DNA of 64,000 nt from a virus (IMGVR_UViG_3300025936_000002:1-64000), one strand, 5' to 3'. Shown: positions 45,596-55,476, counted from the first letter of the stretch. Program-made: numbers and translations. The notes: generated by a model not told the origin, from the sequence alone.

Positions 45596-46168
45596 ATGCT
45601 CATCGCCCACCATTCAACCGCCGCGGCCATCACGCCGCATGCCGCTGATCGCTCTTGGGTGGTGTTCTTTCAGACTGCCTTGCCCGCCAACGTGGTCTCA
45701 CCGATTCGGATCGTCGGAGTCAAAGGCGCCGATATCAATAAAGAACTTCGTCGGACTACCGAACTCAACGCCTACGATATCCAGATCGTAGGCTTGATCC
45801 AGACGCAGCCCGGCCTAGACGCCGACGAGCACGCCAAAGCAATCGCCGAGCAATACGCGGGGGCACACCTGCATCACGGTTGGTACCTGCCAACGGGTGA
45901 TCTGATCGCCTTCATCCAACATCACGCCAAACGAGAGCTACAGGCGCTGCTCAACCAAGTCCATCCAGGAGCAATCCACGAGCACGTTGTCGACCTCCAC
46001 GAGATGGCCAAGGTGCTTGGCTGCGCCGAGGTCACGATCCGCCGGATGATCGCCCGTAACGAGATTCCGTTCATGCGCGCCGGCCGCGAATACCGCTTTC
46101 AACCCGTCGAGGTGATCGCCGCCCTTCAACGCCAAGGCGTCCTCAAGGTTGGCAGATCGGCAGGTTAA
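45596..46168 (+). CDS. T5orf172/GIY-YIG-like domain fused to excisionase-type HTH
   Basis: VVFFQT...IRIVG...HLHHGWY (degenerate), then LHEMAKVLGCAEVTIRRMIARNEIPFMRAGREYRF. Confidence 0.6.
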   Translation: MLIAHHSTAAAITPHAADRSWVVFFQTALPANVVSPIRIVGVKGADINKELRRTTELNAYDIQIVGLIQTQPGLDADEHAKAIAEQYAGAHLHHGWYLPTGDLIAFIQHHAKRELQALLNQVHPGAIHEHVVDLHEMAKVLGCAEVTIRRMIARNEIPFMRAGREYRFQPVEVIAALQRQGVLKVGRSAG

Positions 46169-46178
46169 GGTTCGACGT

Positions 46179-46694
46179 ATGACCCATCTAATCGACGGCG
46201 AGTTTCAGAGTGATAAGTATCCCACCTGCCCACGCGGCAAGGTGCCCTTGAGCTGCAAGGATCCGATGGCACAGGATCTACTTTGGGAGTACGCGAAGCG
46301 TCGGGCGGTTGTAGATGCAGAGTTTTCTAACGACCTCGAGACTGCGCTGATCACAGCTGGGTTCAAAGTTGTAGTTTGCGAGTGGTGCGGCTCTCGGCAT
46401 CGTACAATCTTCGACGACAACACGATCCAAGGCATCGACTGTGCCGCAAGCGTCGACTTCGACGGCGAGCAGTGGTTGGTACATGGCCATTATGGAAGTG
46501 CCGTCGATACGCTCGTCTTCCGGTTTGTTGCCAACGCGCCCTCAACTCCAACCAAAACCGTATGTGACGCCTGCATCAAGGCGCGGTTCGACGGCGGAGA
46601 TCTCGTAGAGATTGATGATCCAACCGAAGCGGACGATCCGGTCGAAGCCGCGCTTGGATTTGAGCTGGCAACCGAGCCCTTCGATAAAAGCTAA
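46179..46694 (+). CDS. Hypothetical phage protein
   Basis: HLIDGEFQSDKYP...LSCKDPMAQDLLWEYA, then a CEWC...CDAC region. Confidence 0.55.
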   Translation: MTHLIDGEFQSDKYPTCPRGKVPLSCKDPMAQDLLWEYAKRRAVVDAEFSNDLETALITAGFKVVVCEWCGSRHRTIFDDNTIQGIDCAASVDFDGEQWLVHGHYGSAVDTLVFRFVANAPSTPTKTVCDACIKARFDGGDLVEIDDPTEADDPVEAALGFELATEPFDKS

Positions 46695-46725
46695 ATGTCA
46701 GATCGACGAGCTAAGCTCTGCTTCG

Positions 46726-47253
46726 ATGAAGATCGAAGTTGAAATCGCAGATATCAGCCGTCAAGAAATCGTCGAGGCAGTCGCCCGCCGCGTGTTAGGC
46801 CAAGACCGACGAGACGACGAAGGGCCGCAGCAATCGTCAATCGAGATACTGTTTCGTCGATTACTAGAGTCTCAAATCAAGGGGCTCGCCGAGAGCCTCG
46901 TGAGAGAGAAATTCGACGAGGTGATCGCCAGTCGAATCGATTATGCAGTCGATACTGTCCTCTCCGAGGGTTGGGCGTGTACCGACGGGTACGGCAACGT
47001 CCTCCTCCTCGGACAGAAAGTCGACCTCAAGGGTAGGATCGCACAGCAGCTAGAGAAAATGTCCGGTGAAGGCTATAGCAAGCCACGCCTGAAGCACATC
47101 GATCGACTCGTAATCGAGACCCTTGAAAAGACACTCCAAATGGAGTTCAAGCCGGCGATCGACGCTGCGCGCAAAGCACTCCGCGACCAACTCGATACAG
47201 CCGTCATGACCAAGTTCGCCGAGGCCGTCAAGAGCGCGCTCGGAATTCGATAA
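46726..47253 (+). CDS. Hypothetical helical protein
   Basis: Acidic/basic helical 175-aa ORF containing TDGYG. Confidence 0.55.
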   Translation: MKIEVEIADISRQEIVEAVARRVLGQDRRDDEGPQQSSIEILFRRLLESQIKGLAESLVREKFDEVIASRIDYAVDTVLSEGWACTDGYGNVLLLGQKVDLKGRIAQQLEKMSGEGYSKPRLKHIDRLVIETLEKTLQMEFKPAIDAARKALRDQLDTAVMTKFAEAVKSALGIR

Positions 47254-47266
47254 AGGACACCAACCA

Positions 47267-47497
47267 ATGCCCACGTTACCGCGAGATTTGACCGACGAGG
47301 AACGCCGCAAAGCCATCCAAAGGACCCAAGTCATCGTCGGGGAGCATCTTCGAGCGTTCTCAAAAATACTTGCCGTTGAACTTGGTCTACGAACGACTGG
47401 ACCGATAGGTACAGATCCAGTGGTGAGGTTTGCGGCCGAAATGTACGCAGACGTTTGGCTTGATGAAGCCACCAAGATCGCCGGTGGCTGGGAGTGA
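47267..47497 (+). CDS. Hypothetical protein
   Basis: AAGGA RBS; coupled to the next ORF. Confidence 0.5.
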   Translation: MPTLPRDLTDEERRKAIQRTQVIVGEHLRAFSKILAVELGLRTTGPIGTDPVVRFAAEMYADVWLDEATKIAGGWE

Positions 47498-47790
47498 TCA
47501 AATGCCCCAAGTGCCTCGCCGATGCTGAGGCTATGGAGACCCGCGACGTCGGCAAGGGGCCCCTGACCTATGTCCGTCGTCGTCGTCGTTGTACGCAATG
47601 CGGAAAGCGCATCACGACCTACGAAGTGATCGTTGATGAAGGCATCACGGGCGATGTCATGGTCGTCGGGCGCAAAGAGATGATGGACGTTCTGAGGGTA
47701 GCGGTAGCGGCGTTCTCGTCGCGCATAGACGATGACGGTGTATCAGCCAAGCTCCTTGAGCAACTCCTTGGGGCGGACGTTGATCCATGA
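47494..47790 (+). CDS. NrdR-like zinc-ribbon protein lacking the ATP-cone
   Basis: KCPKC...ETR...VRRRRRCTQCGKRITTYE matches the NrdR N-terminal signature. Confidence 0.72.
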   Translation: MIKCPKCLADAEAMETRDVGKGPLTYVRRRRRCTQCGKRITTYEVIVDEGITGDVMVVGRKEMMDVLRVAVAAFSSRIDDDGVSAKLLEQLLGADVDP

Positions 47791-48029
47791 TTAACGGAGA
47801 TCTACATCAATCGATCTTGGCTATCCTACAGGCTGACAAAGCAACATGGCTCAGACAGCTGTGCGAAGCGCTTGGGATCAAGCGGCAACGACAGGGCTAC
47901 TCCAGGGCGAGCTATCGCCGACGAGGGGAGGTTGAAGAAAGCCTGCAGGAGCTCGTGAAACGAGGTCTCGTGATCGGTGGTAGACGGAGTGGATGGCGAC
48001 TCGCCGCACCAAACCCTAAAGACCCGTGA
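47787..48029 (+). CDS. Winged-helix protein
   Basis: VEESLQELVKRGLVIGGRRSGWRL. Confidence 0.5.
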   Translation: MINGDLHQSILAILQADKATWLRQLCEALGIKRQRQGYSRASYRRRGEVEESLQELVKRGLVIGGRRSGWRLAAPNPKDP

Positions 48030-48041
48030 TAGGCTCTCGGC

Positions 48042-48395
48042 ATGGCCCAGCTTGCCGCCCGCAGCTACTACGACGAGACCGGAACCTACGAGGGCGGATC
48101 TGGCCGAACGGTCGATACAAGCCCAATGCCGCCGACACCACTACCGCGGCCCGTCACGAGCCCCAACCCAGTGCCGTCAGACGGCCTACCGCCACCCATC
48201 AATCCAAGCGACGCACCGATCGTGACGCCATCTATCCCGCCTGCACCCTACCCGACGAACACAGGCATCGTCCCGCCGCATCTACAGATGACTTGGATCC
48301 AAGCCCATCCGATGGTGATCCCGGTTGGGATCGGCTTGGCTGGGCTCCTCTTGGGCCTCACCATCGGCATCGCCGTTGGCAGCCGCAAGCGCTAG
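48042..48395 (+). CDS. Pro-rich tail-anchored membrane protein
   Basis: P/T-rich linker, C-terminal TM and SRKR. Confidence 0.7.
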   Translation: MAQLAARSYYDETGTYEGGSGRTVDTSPMPPTPLPRPVTSPNPVPSDGLPPPINPSDAPIVTPSIPPAPYPTNTGIVPPHLQMTWIQAHPMVIPVGIGLAGLLLGLTIGIAVGSRKR

Positions 48396-48784
48396 CGAAG
48401 TAGCGCGCCGGCGCCGCCGAGGACGGCCAATCCGAGCAGCGCGACACCACCGATGACCAGCCACTTGCGGTTGGTCCAGGCCCACGAGTCGAAGCCGAAG
48501 CCGAGCCCGTGAGGCGGATCTATCCACCGCGCCTTGGTGATGCCTAGACCAGTGAGGCTCGTGCAGGGTAGACCGGGGCAACACGGCGCTTGGCCGTTGG
48601 TGCACGCCAACGGATCACCTTGGATGCGTTGTGGAACGTAGCTGAGCGGCTGGATCGTCCGCTGCCCGTTGGTCCAGTCGCCTGGAATCTTGCAATGCGG
48701 ATTGAGCTTGATGTTGATTGCAGGATCCTCAGAAAATTGCCAATCAGGGATCAACCCGAGTCCATGTGGTTGCGCAAACATCAT
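48392..48784 (-). CDS. Tail-anchored membrane protein with three GLG motifs
   Basis: PHGLG, LTGLG and PHGLG; Cys cluster; C-terminal TM. Confidence 0.7.
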   Translation of the reverse strand: MMFAQPHGLGLIPDWQFSEDPAINIKLNPHCKIPGDWTNGQRTIQPLSYVPQRIQGDPLACTNGQAPCCPGLPCTSLTGLGITKARWIDPPHGLGFGFDSWAWTNRKWLVIGGVALLGLAVLGGAGALLR

Positions 48785-48791
48785 AGTTGTT

Positions 48792-49103
48792 TTATCTCCT
48801 CGTTCGACGCAGCGGTCTAATCTGCCAGCCAGACAAACGACGATTAGCCGCCGCGAAGTCGGCAATGTCGGAGCGCGCAAACGAAATTGCAGCATGCGCC
48901 GCATCGCGCATAGCGCGCGGATCGTCAACAGCAAGACGACGGCCATGGACGCTACGAGATCCTGCCGCCGGCGGCTTCACCGAAACCGTTTCACAGCGTT
49001 CGCCTTTGACGGTTGGGCACATCTTGACTCGATATTGATCTGTTCGATCGTTGAAGCTAACTTCGAGCTTCAAGCTACCACTCTTGAATCGCTGCTTTGC
49101 CAT
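48792..49103 (-). CDS. Basic small protein
   Basis: MAKQRFK start overlaps the upstream stop; ends RRTRR. Confidence 0.6.
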   Translation of the reverse strand: MAKQRFKSGSLKLEVSFNDRTDQYRVKMCPTVKGERCETVSVKPPAAGSRSVHGRRLAVDDPRAMRDAAHAAISFARSDIADFAAANRRLSGWQIRPLRRTRR

Positions 49104-49543
49104 TACGCAACCCTCCGCTTGCCGAAGCCTTGGGCGACGCCGATGACCGGCGTGATCACCGGGAAGGTCAAACCCATTAAGGCCCACCAGAGGGCCCAAC
49201 CGATGGACTGATTGCGCCTGTAGCCGTGGTAGGCGCTCGCCGCCATGCTCGCAGTCGACAGGATCCCCCAAACCAGCCCCCAATTCACCTTGGAGCTCGC
49301 ATCGAGCCACGTGAGCGCCCCCGCGACAGCCTTGCTATCCACCCCACGAGCGATCAGCGCTCGGGCTGCATCGGTACGGGGCCCGCCGGAGGCGTAGAGC
49401 TTTAGGAACTCAGCCACCTGCGTAGACGACGGATTCGGCGACTTGAGGAGGAATCCATCGATCTCGTTGTCGAGGCCGAGCAGCTGGATCGGCGGACCTA
49501 GCAGTTGGACGGGGGCTGGCATGGTTGCTTCCGAGCCTACCAC
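49103..49543 (-). CDS. Two-TM membrane protein
   Basis: LLGLD motif; TM-AYHGYRRNQSIGWALWW-TM; basic tail. Confidence 0.7.
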   Translation of the reverse strand: MVGSEATMPAPVQLLGPPIQLLGLDNEIDGFLLKSPNPSSTQVAEFLKLYASGGPRTDAARALIARGVDSKAVAGALTWLDASSKVNWGLVWGILSTASMAASAYHGYRRNQSIGWALWWALMGLTFPVITPVIGVAQGFGKRRVA

Positions 49544-50003
49544 CGTTTGGCCTCAGGTCGGTAACCGTCATGCTACCTCGGTAGCCTCGACGTCCGATGA
49601 ATGGATGCTGCATGGCGAACTCTGACAGCACAACGCACGACTTGACTTGCTACTGGTACTGGCCGTGCGGTTGTCGCAAAGAGCGCGATTCAAACGAACA
49701 CGCCGTAGCCCATACGCATACGTACCGAGAACCGCCGCAGAATGATCGGCCGATCGATCCATCTCAAGATAATCGGCCGATCGATCTGCCCCCAGTCTAC
49801 AGGCTGCTTAACTTCAAACCATATCGGAGACACAGATGACCCTCGAAGAAGCCAAGCCAAGTTACAGCGGCGACTCATGGTTACTCAGACGCCACCGCTC
49901 GATCCGGCTCTCGTCGATACGATCGCTGCCCTTTTAGTCGACGTCGACGACGAGGCCTACACCAAAGGCCATACAGACGGCGTCGCCGATTGCTCGTGAC
50001 CGA

Positions 50004-50759
50004 CTACGCGTCGAAGTCGATGAACTTGGCGTAAGTCGGCTCGCGGCCGAAGTGATCGTTGCCGGGGAGAGTCGTGTCCAGGGCGACGAATTTGTCTCCG
50101 CCACCCTTCGGTAGAAGGGCCCCAGGGAAGATATGCTCCCAGTCCTCGGCGCCCTTGGTCTGGACTACACGAAGCCGCGGTGTAATGCCGTTTTCCGCGA
50201 GCATCGTTGCCGCCAAAATGTTGTGATCGTCGCAATCGCCGCCACCGAACTCCAACGTTCGATGGGCAGCTTGGAAGAGGTCAACCCCCTCTACTTTCCC
50301 ATCGTGCCAACGGATTGGTGCAATATCGCCTGTATAGCGAACGCGAGCCTTGATGAAGTCGTAGATTGCTTTGGCTTCACACATCCCGTCTCGCTCTGGG
50401 CAATGGGCGGTTGCCTGCAACGAGATCTTTCGCATCCGTCCATCTTTGATGGATTCACGGACGCGCTCTTGGATCGAAGCTACGCGGACCTCGATCGGCA
50501 TGTTGTCCATCTCACGAAGTGTTGTAGTATACCCACCGGCTGTACGCTGATCGACGATCGGCGCCTCTTGAGCCTTACCTAGGAACCGCCGACCTTTTCG
50601 CCCCCATCCAAGGCCGGAGATCGGGGTTGGAGCCCCCTGACGGCTGTAGGCAATCCCCCCGAGGATGAGGAGACCCAGCCCCGTAAGACCTGAGATCCAA
50701 GCGAGCGTGGTTGGCTTCTTCACGGTGCCTTGGATGCTAGCACGGCTTTGGCAAACCAT
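50004..50759 (-). CDS. Transglutaminase-like cysteine protease with N-terminal TM (probable GTG start 50723)
   Basis: Triad GDCDD (Cys), WEHIF (His), ALDTT (Asp); VRYTGD upstream; TM then ISGLG. Confidence 0.8.
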   Translation of the reverse strand: MVCQSRASIQGTVKKPTTLAWISGLTGLGLLILGGIAYSRQGAPTPISGLGWGRKGRRFLGKAQEAPIVDQRTAGGYTTTLREMDNMPIEVRVASIQERVRESIKDGRMRKISLQATAHCPERDGMCEAKAIYDFIKARVRYTGDIAPIRWHDGKVEGVDLFQAAHRTLEFGGGDCDDHNILAATMLAENGITPRLRVVQTKGAEDWEHIFPGALLPKGGGDKFVALDTTLPGNDHFGREPTYAKFIDFDA

Positions 50760-51062
50760 CGAGTTAGGCTGCTTTCAATGGTCCGCATTCCATCTACATG
50801 CATCAATAACGTCGTAACTAAGACCGCAGCAGTGCGTGACGGCCTGCGCCGTTTCGGCGATTTTCCTGGGATGGATGAGCTGTATCGACGTGGCGCATTC
50901 CGCCACATCGAAGACGTGGCCTACGCACGTATTGCCTTAGAGAAATTCAAGTCGACTGTCGATAAAATAGCTCGAGAACTAGATGAGTCATACGTAACTG
51001 ATATTCCATTCGGCCATCGCTGCGATCGCATCTATCCGCCCACCTGAACATCGGAACCAGAA

Positions 51063-51395
51063 ATGCCCTTCCTCCAACCGCCACACATCCCAGCCTACGT
51101 GATTGATCTAGTTGTGGTGCGCATCTACGTAGGCACAAGGGATGCTGTTGAGGTCTTACCGAAGGAAGGATTGGAGGCTGCGCAACGACTCCAAGCTGAG
51201 GCTTGGTGCCGAGCAATCGTAAATCTACTTGCTGCAGAACTCTCGTTGCGGATTGCGTCTGCGACTAGCGTCGTTCGCGTTTTGTCTGGAAGCGGCGAAG
51301 GGTCGGAGCTACGGTTGTTGCCGGCGGCTCAGACTGGTTTAGTCGCCTTGATGGACGAGGAGCCTTGGCGCCGTCTACCAAGACGCGACGGATGA
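51063..51395 (+). CDS. Hypothetical protein
   Basis: 110-aa ORF; no recognisable motif. Confidence 0.4.
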   Translation: MPFLQPPHIPAYVIDLVVVRIYVGTRDAVEVLPKEGLEAAQRLQAEAWCRAIVNLLAAELSLRIASATSVVRVLSGSGEGSELRLLPAAQTGLVALMDEEPWRRLPRRDG

Positions 51396-51681
51396 CATCC
51401 GATCGAGCTAGGCTTTGGCTATGTCCTTAGGCCTATCGTTTCCGCCGTTGTATCTCTGCCCTGACTGCGAAGGTAACGGAGTGATCATGTACGCAGGCAA
51501 GGTCGTCCTCAAGGTCTGCTCGGTCTGCGAGGATCGACGCCGTACCGCCCGAACCGGCTTTGATCGAGCAACGACTGGCGCCGATCGACACCGATCACTC
51601 AAGGCTCTAATCGTAGAAAGGTGGCTTCGTGGCCTCGGCAAGACCTAAACCGAGGGCCTACCCGTGATAGGCTAGCCACCT

Positions 51682-53178
51682 ATGCACGTGTTTCGAGCGC
51701 GAGGTCTGCACGGTCAGGGGCTATGCGGCCTCGGCGACTATCCAGCTAGCAACGGATTCTGTTGGGTCCCCGCTAGCGGGGACATCCCGGGCCACTGGGA
51801 GCGGCCATGGGCTGGTAGCAACCCAACGACGCCGTGCAAGTATCCGCCACCTGATAGCGGTGGAGCGATCGTACGTGATCATACGAGCGGCGGGGGCGGA
51901 GGTGGCGTAACGGTGACCGAGAGCCCCAGCATCTTGGACGTCGCCAAAGGCACCATTGTCAACTTGGCGATGGTGAACCGCCTCTTCAACGCGACGCTCA
52001 AGCAATACACAGAGCGTGAGGCGCTAGCGGTCAAGGCGCTCATGGTTACGGGGGAGGGGTTGCCCGCATGCCCACCCGAGAGCCAACAAACCATCGACGG
52101 CAAACCAACTTGTTACGGGTTCACGCCGCGTACAGCAGCTGCAGCACTGCCTGGAGGGTTTGAAGTCCTCGGCGTCCCGTTCAACGTGTCTGAAATCGGC
52201 ATTACCAAGAAGCCGCAATTCGAGCGCGTATTCACGCCAAACAATGAACAGCGGATCATGATCGAATCGATGATCATTCGTCGATCTGATGATCTACTAC
52301 TTGCTGCCCTCGGAGATGCGTTGGATCGTGCAGTCGCTGCGAGCAGTGGGGGCGTCATGACCCCCAATGATCGAGATCGAGCGATTGCCAAGCTGTCGGC
52401 GGCGCAGGCATTCGCGTTGCTGCCCGATTGGCAAACGGTGATCCCAGGAATGGCACTGCGTTCGGATCCGCCGCGAAGCTATGAGCTAGATGTCGAAGGT
52501 GGATTCAGTAAATGGCACGATCGGGGCGGATTTCTGATCTCACGCGCTATCGCTACCGGTCAATACTTCATCAACGTCCCTCAACCGGATCAAGCGCGCC
52601 AGGCGGGAACCATCTCGCCACGGGTGTGCACGTCAATTCTGTGCGCCTGCAGTCCAACCGGTACACCATCGTGCATTGCCGATTGGATCCCATCATCAGA
52701 TGGGGGGCGCGTTCGACTTTGGGTCCATGTTGCAATCGATCCTAACGGATCGATGAAGATGACTCTGAAGCATGATGATCCTAGTTGGCTAGAGAAGGCT
52801 GGTGGAAAAATCCATGCCTTCGTGGATGTCTTGAACAAAGCAATATGCACAGCGGCCCCAGCCATCAAAACGCAAACAACTTCGGTCATCGCCGACAAGT
52901 ACGTCGACGCCAACGGCAAGGCGTGTACTAAAGGCGCGACGGGCTGCAACCTTGTTCAGGCCTCAGCCGCGGCAACGGGGGGCGTTGGCCTCCTGAATTT
53001 TGCGGTAGGAACGTACTGCAGCGTCATTGCGAGCAACCAACAAAACCCTAAGGAGCCGGTGCCCCCAACCCCGACTCCGGCCCCCATCACCACAACTCCA
53101 CCGTGGTTGCATTATCTGCCCTGGGTGATTGGCGGCCTGGCACTCGGTGCCGGAGCGGTAGTTATCACGCGTCGCTAG
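51682..53178 (+). CDS. Large Cys-containing tail-anchored virion protein
   Basis: N-terminal GLHGQGLCGLG, many Cys pairs, P/T linker, C-terminal TM and RR. Confidence 0.75.
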   Translation: MHVFRARGLHGQGLCGLGDYPASNGFCWVPASGDIPGHWERPWAGSNPTTPCKYPPPDSGGAIVRDHTSGGGGGGVTVTESPSILDVAKGTIVNLAMVNRLFNATLKQYTEREALAVKALMVTGEGLPACPPESQQTIDGKPTCYGFTPRTAAAALPGGFEVLGVPFNVSEIGITKKPQFERVFTPNNEQRIMIESMIIRRSDDLLLAALGDALDRAVAASSGGVMTPNDRDRAIAKLSAAQAFALLPDWQTVIPGMALRSDPPRSYELDVEGGFSKWHDRGGFLISRAIATGQYFINVPQPDQARQAGTISPRVCTSILCACSPTGTPSCIADWIPSSDGGRVRLWVHVAIDPNGSMKMTLKHDDPSWLEKAGGKIHAFVDVLNKAICTAAPAIKTQTTSVIADKYVDANGKACTKGATGCNLVQASAAATGGVGLLNFAVGTYCSVIASNQQNPKEPVPPTPTPAPITTTPPWLHYLPWVIGGLALGAGAVVITRR

Positions 53179-53405
53179 TTGAGGATCGAAGCTCGATCGG
53201 GGAGGGGATACATCGCCCGCAGGTACACGGGCCGAGCGCCACCCCCACAACGGGCAACAACATCTCGTGGCGCTTATGGATGATCTGATCTGTATCCATT
53301 TGTTGCAGAATTTCGAGCGATCGCTGAAGTAGGTGGTTGACGGTCATTGCCCTGCGATCGTAGCAGGCTGCCCTGTCGCGCGAAAATCGCGGCTGAGGGG
53401 AACCC

Positions 53406-53891
53406 GTGGTAGCGTCAGGACCAAGTCCTATGATCCATCGCGGCGGAACCCTCCTAGGAACCAACGAGATTGAGAACCTCCAGCGAGCCTTGAGCAATCT
53501 CGCCGTGGCCACACAGCGCCCGGCGATCAACGCCAAGGTTACCGGCGTCATGGATGATCAGACCATGACGGCCTTGAGCGCTGGGCTTGGCCTGCTTACC
53601 GAGCAGTTACCGAAGTGGCTCTACCTTGGCCTGCAGGGTGTTCTGATCCTAGGTGTTACGAGCTCGCAGGCGAAAAAGTACGCCGGCGAGTACGCAGCGC
53701 AGCTCACGCTCGCGGCGAACACCGCCGCGGTCAAGTTCAAAACGACACCTCCAGTAATCGCGCCTGCATCTCAACCTCAAATCGTCGGATTCTTTGCGCC
53801 GGGTTGGTACAAGACGCCGATCGGATTGGGCTTGATTGCTCTGGCGTTATTCGTCGGATACAAGATCTTCATCGCCCCCAAGGCAGCCTAA
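53406..53891 (+). CDS. Membrane protein with PG-binding-like N-terminus
   Basis: IENLQRAL...VTGVMDDQTMTAL resembles PG_binding_1; C-terminal TM. Confidence 0.55.
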   Translation: MVASGPSPMIHRGGTLLGTNEIENLQRALSNLAVATQRPAINAKVTGVMDDQTMTALSAGLGLLTEQLPKWLYLGLQGVLILGVTSSQAKKYAGEYAAQLTLAANTAAVKFKTTPPVIAPASQPQIVGFFAPGWYKTPIGLGLIALALFVGYKIFIAPKAA

Positions 53892-53900
53892 GGAACAAAC

Positions 53901-54194
53901 ATGAAGCGCATCACGTTGGGCGCCCTCGGCGCGTATCCTCAAACGGACGGAAAATGTTGGATGCCGCCGGGGTCAATCTCCGCACCAAGTGGCGGTTGGG
54001 TTGCAATCAATGATCCACTTACACTATGTACCTACAAGGGTCCTGCTGCAGGCGTAGTATCAACGCCGGGAGCTACGACGCCGACCCTACCGAGCGTGAT
54101 GCCATCTTGGTGGGATCGCATCCCGACTTGGCTCAAGCTCGTGGGCGGCGTGGCGGTGGCCTATCTTGGCTACACGTATTTCATCAAGAAGTAG
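53901..54194 (+). CDS. Tail-anchored membrane protein
   Basis: AAGGA RBS, TLGALG motif, C-terminal TM and KK. Confidence 0.7.
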   Translation: MKRITLGALGAYPQTDGKCWMPPGSISAPSGGWVAINDPLTLCTYKGPAAGVVSTPGATTPTLPSVMPSWWDRIPTWLKLVGGVAVAYLGYTYFIKK

Positions 54195-54569
54195 ATGAGT
54201 CTAGTCGACGATATCGTAGCGCTCGGGACGCAGGCGCCGGCCGTCGTCGGGGGCCTAGTACGCGTCGTCAAGGCCGTCGGTCCAGTCCTGCCGACGATCC
54301 AGTTGGTATTCGATGATCCGGCCTTCCCACGGGTCATCGCCCAGATCAAAGAACTTCACGAGATCGAGGCGGCCAAGGCGGGCCCATCGACCCCTGAGGC
54401 TCCAACACCCCCCGCAGCCAAGGCGGGGATCGGCCTCAATAAGGCCGTGCCGTTCCTGGATGCCGTTATCTACGCACAGCGTAACCCGTGGGCGCCTTGG
54501 GTGGCTGGCGGCTTGGTTCTGCTCCTGATCGGCGGGGTTGGCTACAAGCTTGGCAGACGGCGGCGGTAG
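54195..54569 (+). CDS. Tail-anchored membrane protein
   Basis: Amphipathic helices, C-terminal TM and RRRR. Confidence 0.7.
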   Translation: MSLVDDIVALGTQAPAVVGGLVRVVKAVGPVLPTIQLVFDDPAFPRVIAQIKELHEIEAAKAGPSTPEAPTPPAAKAGIGLNKAVPFLDAVIYAQRNPWAPWVAGGLVLLLIGGVGYKLGRRRR

Positions 54570-54580
54570 AGTGGCCCTCA

Positions 54581-54961
54581 ATGGGCTACTCAACTAAATA
54601 CTCGATCGATCTTCTTGCCGCGCCGGGCTCGATCGATCTTCTTGCCGCGCCGGATCAAACCAAGGAGGCTTTCCGACGAGCCTTCGATACGCATAAATCC
54701 GAACGCGGTATGCGCTTCGCAAATCTTGGATCCGGCGATGGATTCAAGTGGTATGAACATGAGCTACACATCGTCGACGCCATGCGCGAATCCGGCGTGA
54801 CTGCTGTTGATCTCCACGGCGAAGGTGAGGTGCAAGGTGATGTCTGGGACAAGCAGTTCAGGCTCAAGGGCGACAAGATCATCGTCCTCAAGTACGCATA
54901 CAACCTGACGCGGGATGATCAACCAACGAGCGAAACCACCTACGCCGCGGGGTCGCAATGA
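54581..54961 (+). CDS. Hypothetical phage protein with a 9-aa in-frame duplication
   Basis: KWYEHE...GEGE..GDVW motif; SIDLLAAP occurs twice. Confidence 0.6.
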   Translation: MGYSTKYSIDLLAAPGSIDLLAAPDQTKEAFRRAFDTHKSERGMRFANLGSGDGFKWYEHELHIVDAMRESGVTAVDLHGEGEVQGDVWDKQFRLKGDKIIVLKYAYNLTRDDQPTSETTYAAGSQ

Positions 54962-55152
54962 TCGATAAAGACCTTGTGCTGGCAATCGCCCGTAAAGCGT
55001 TTGATGCAGGTGGCGATCCAACAGAGCCAAAATTTGATCTTTGGTGGGCCAAACAGATCGAAATTGCTGGGCTCTGGATGGACTTCTGCCCGAAGGTTGA
55101 GCCAAGCGCTGAGGCTGGTGGTGGGCTGACTAACGTCGCCACCGACTAATCG

Positions 55153-55476
55153 ATGGATCTCGCCGCGATGTTCGTGTCTCAGCGAAAGCTGAGAGCGCCC
55201 GCGCAGCTACACCGGCTTGTTGAGAGCATACAGCGCTATGATCCCATTCCGCCTGTGCTCCTCAGCGAGGACGACGATGGCTCGGTGCAGATCGAGGACG
55301 GCCACCACCGCGTCACGGCGTACTGGCTTGCGGGACGTCACACACTCTGGCCGGATGAGTACACCCTCACGGCGCGGAGGGGAGTCCCGGCCGCGGTTCG
55401 GCCACATCTGCGATCTGATCGCACGCGTCCGCGCACTCGGTGCCGCCTTGCCGTAAGGCCCTCGGCTTTGTGGTAG
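55153..55476 (+). CDS. ParB/Srx N-terminal-domain protein (possible 3' frameshift)
   Basis: LVESIQ...IPPVLL...IEDGHHRVTAY. Confidence 0.68.
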   Translation: MDLAAMFVSQRKLRAPAQLHRLVESIQRYDPIPPVLLSEDDDGSVQIEDGHHRVTAYWLAGRHTLWPDEYTLTARRGVPAAVRPHLRSDRTRPRTRCRLAVRPSALW

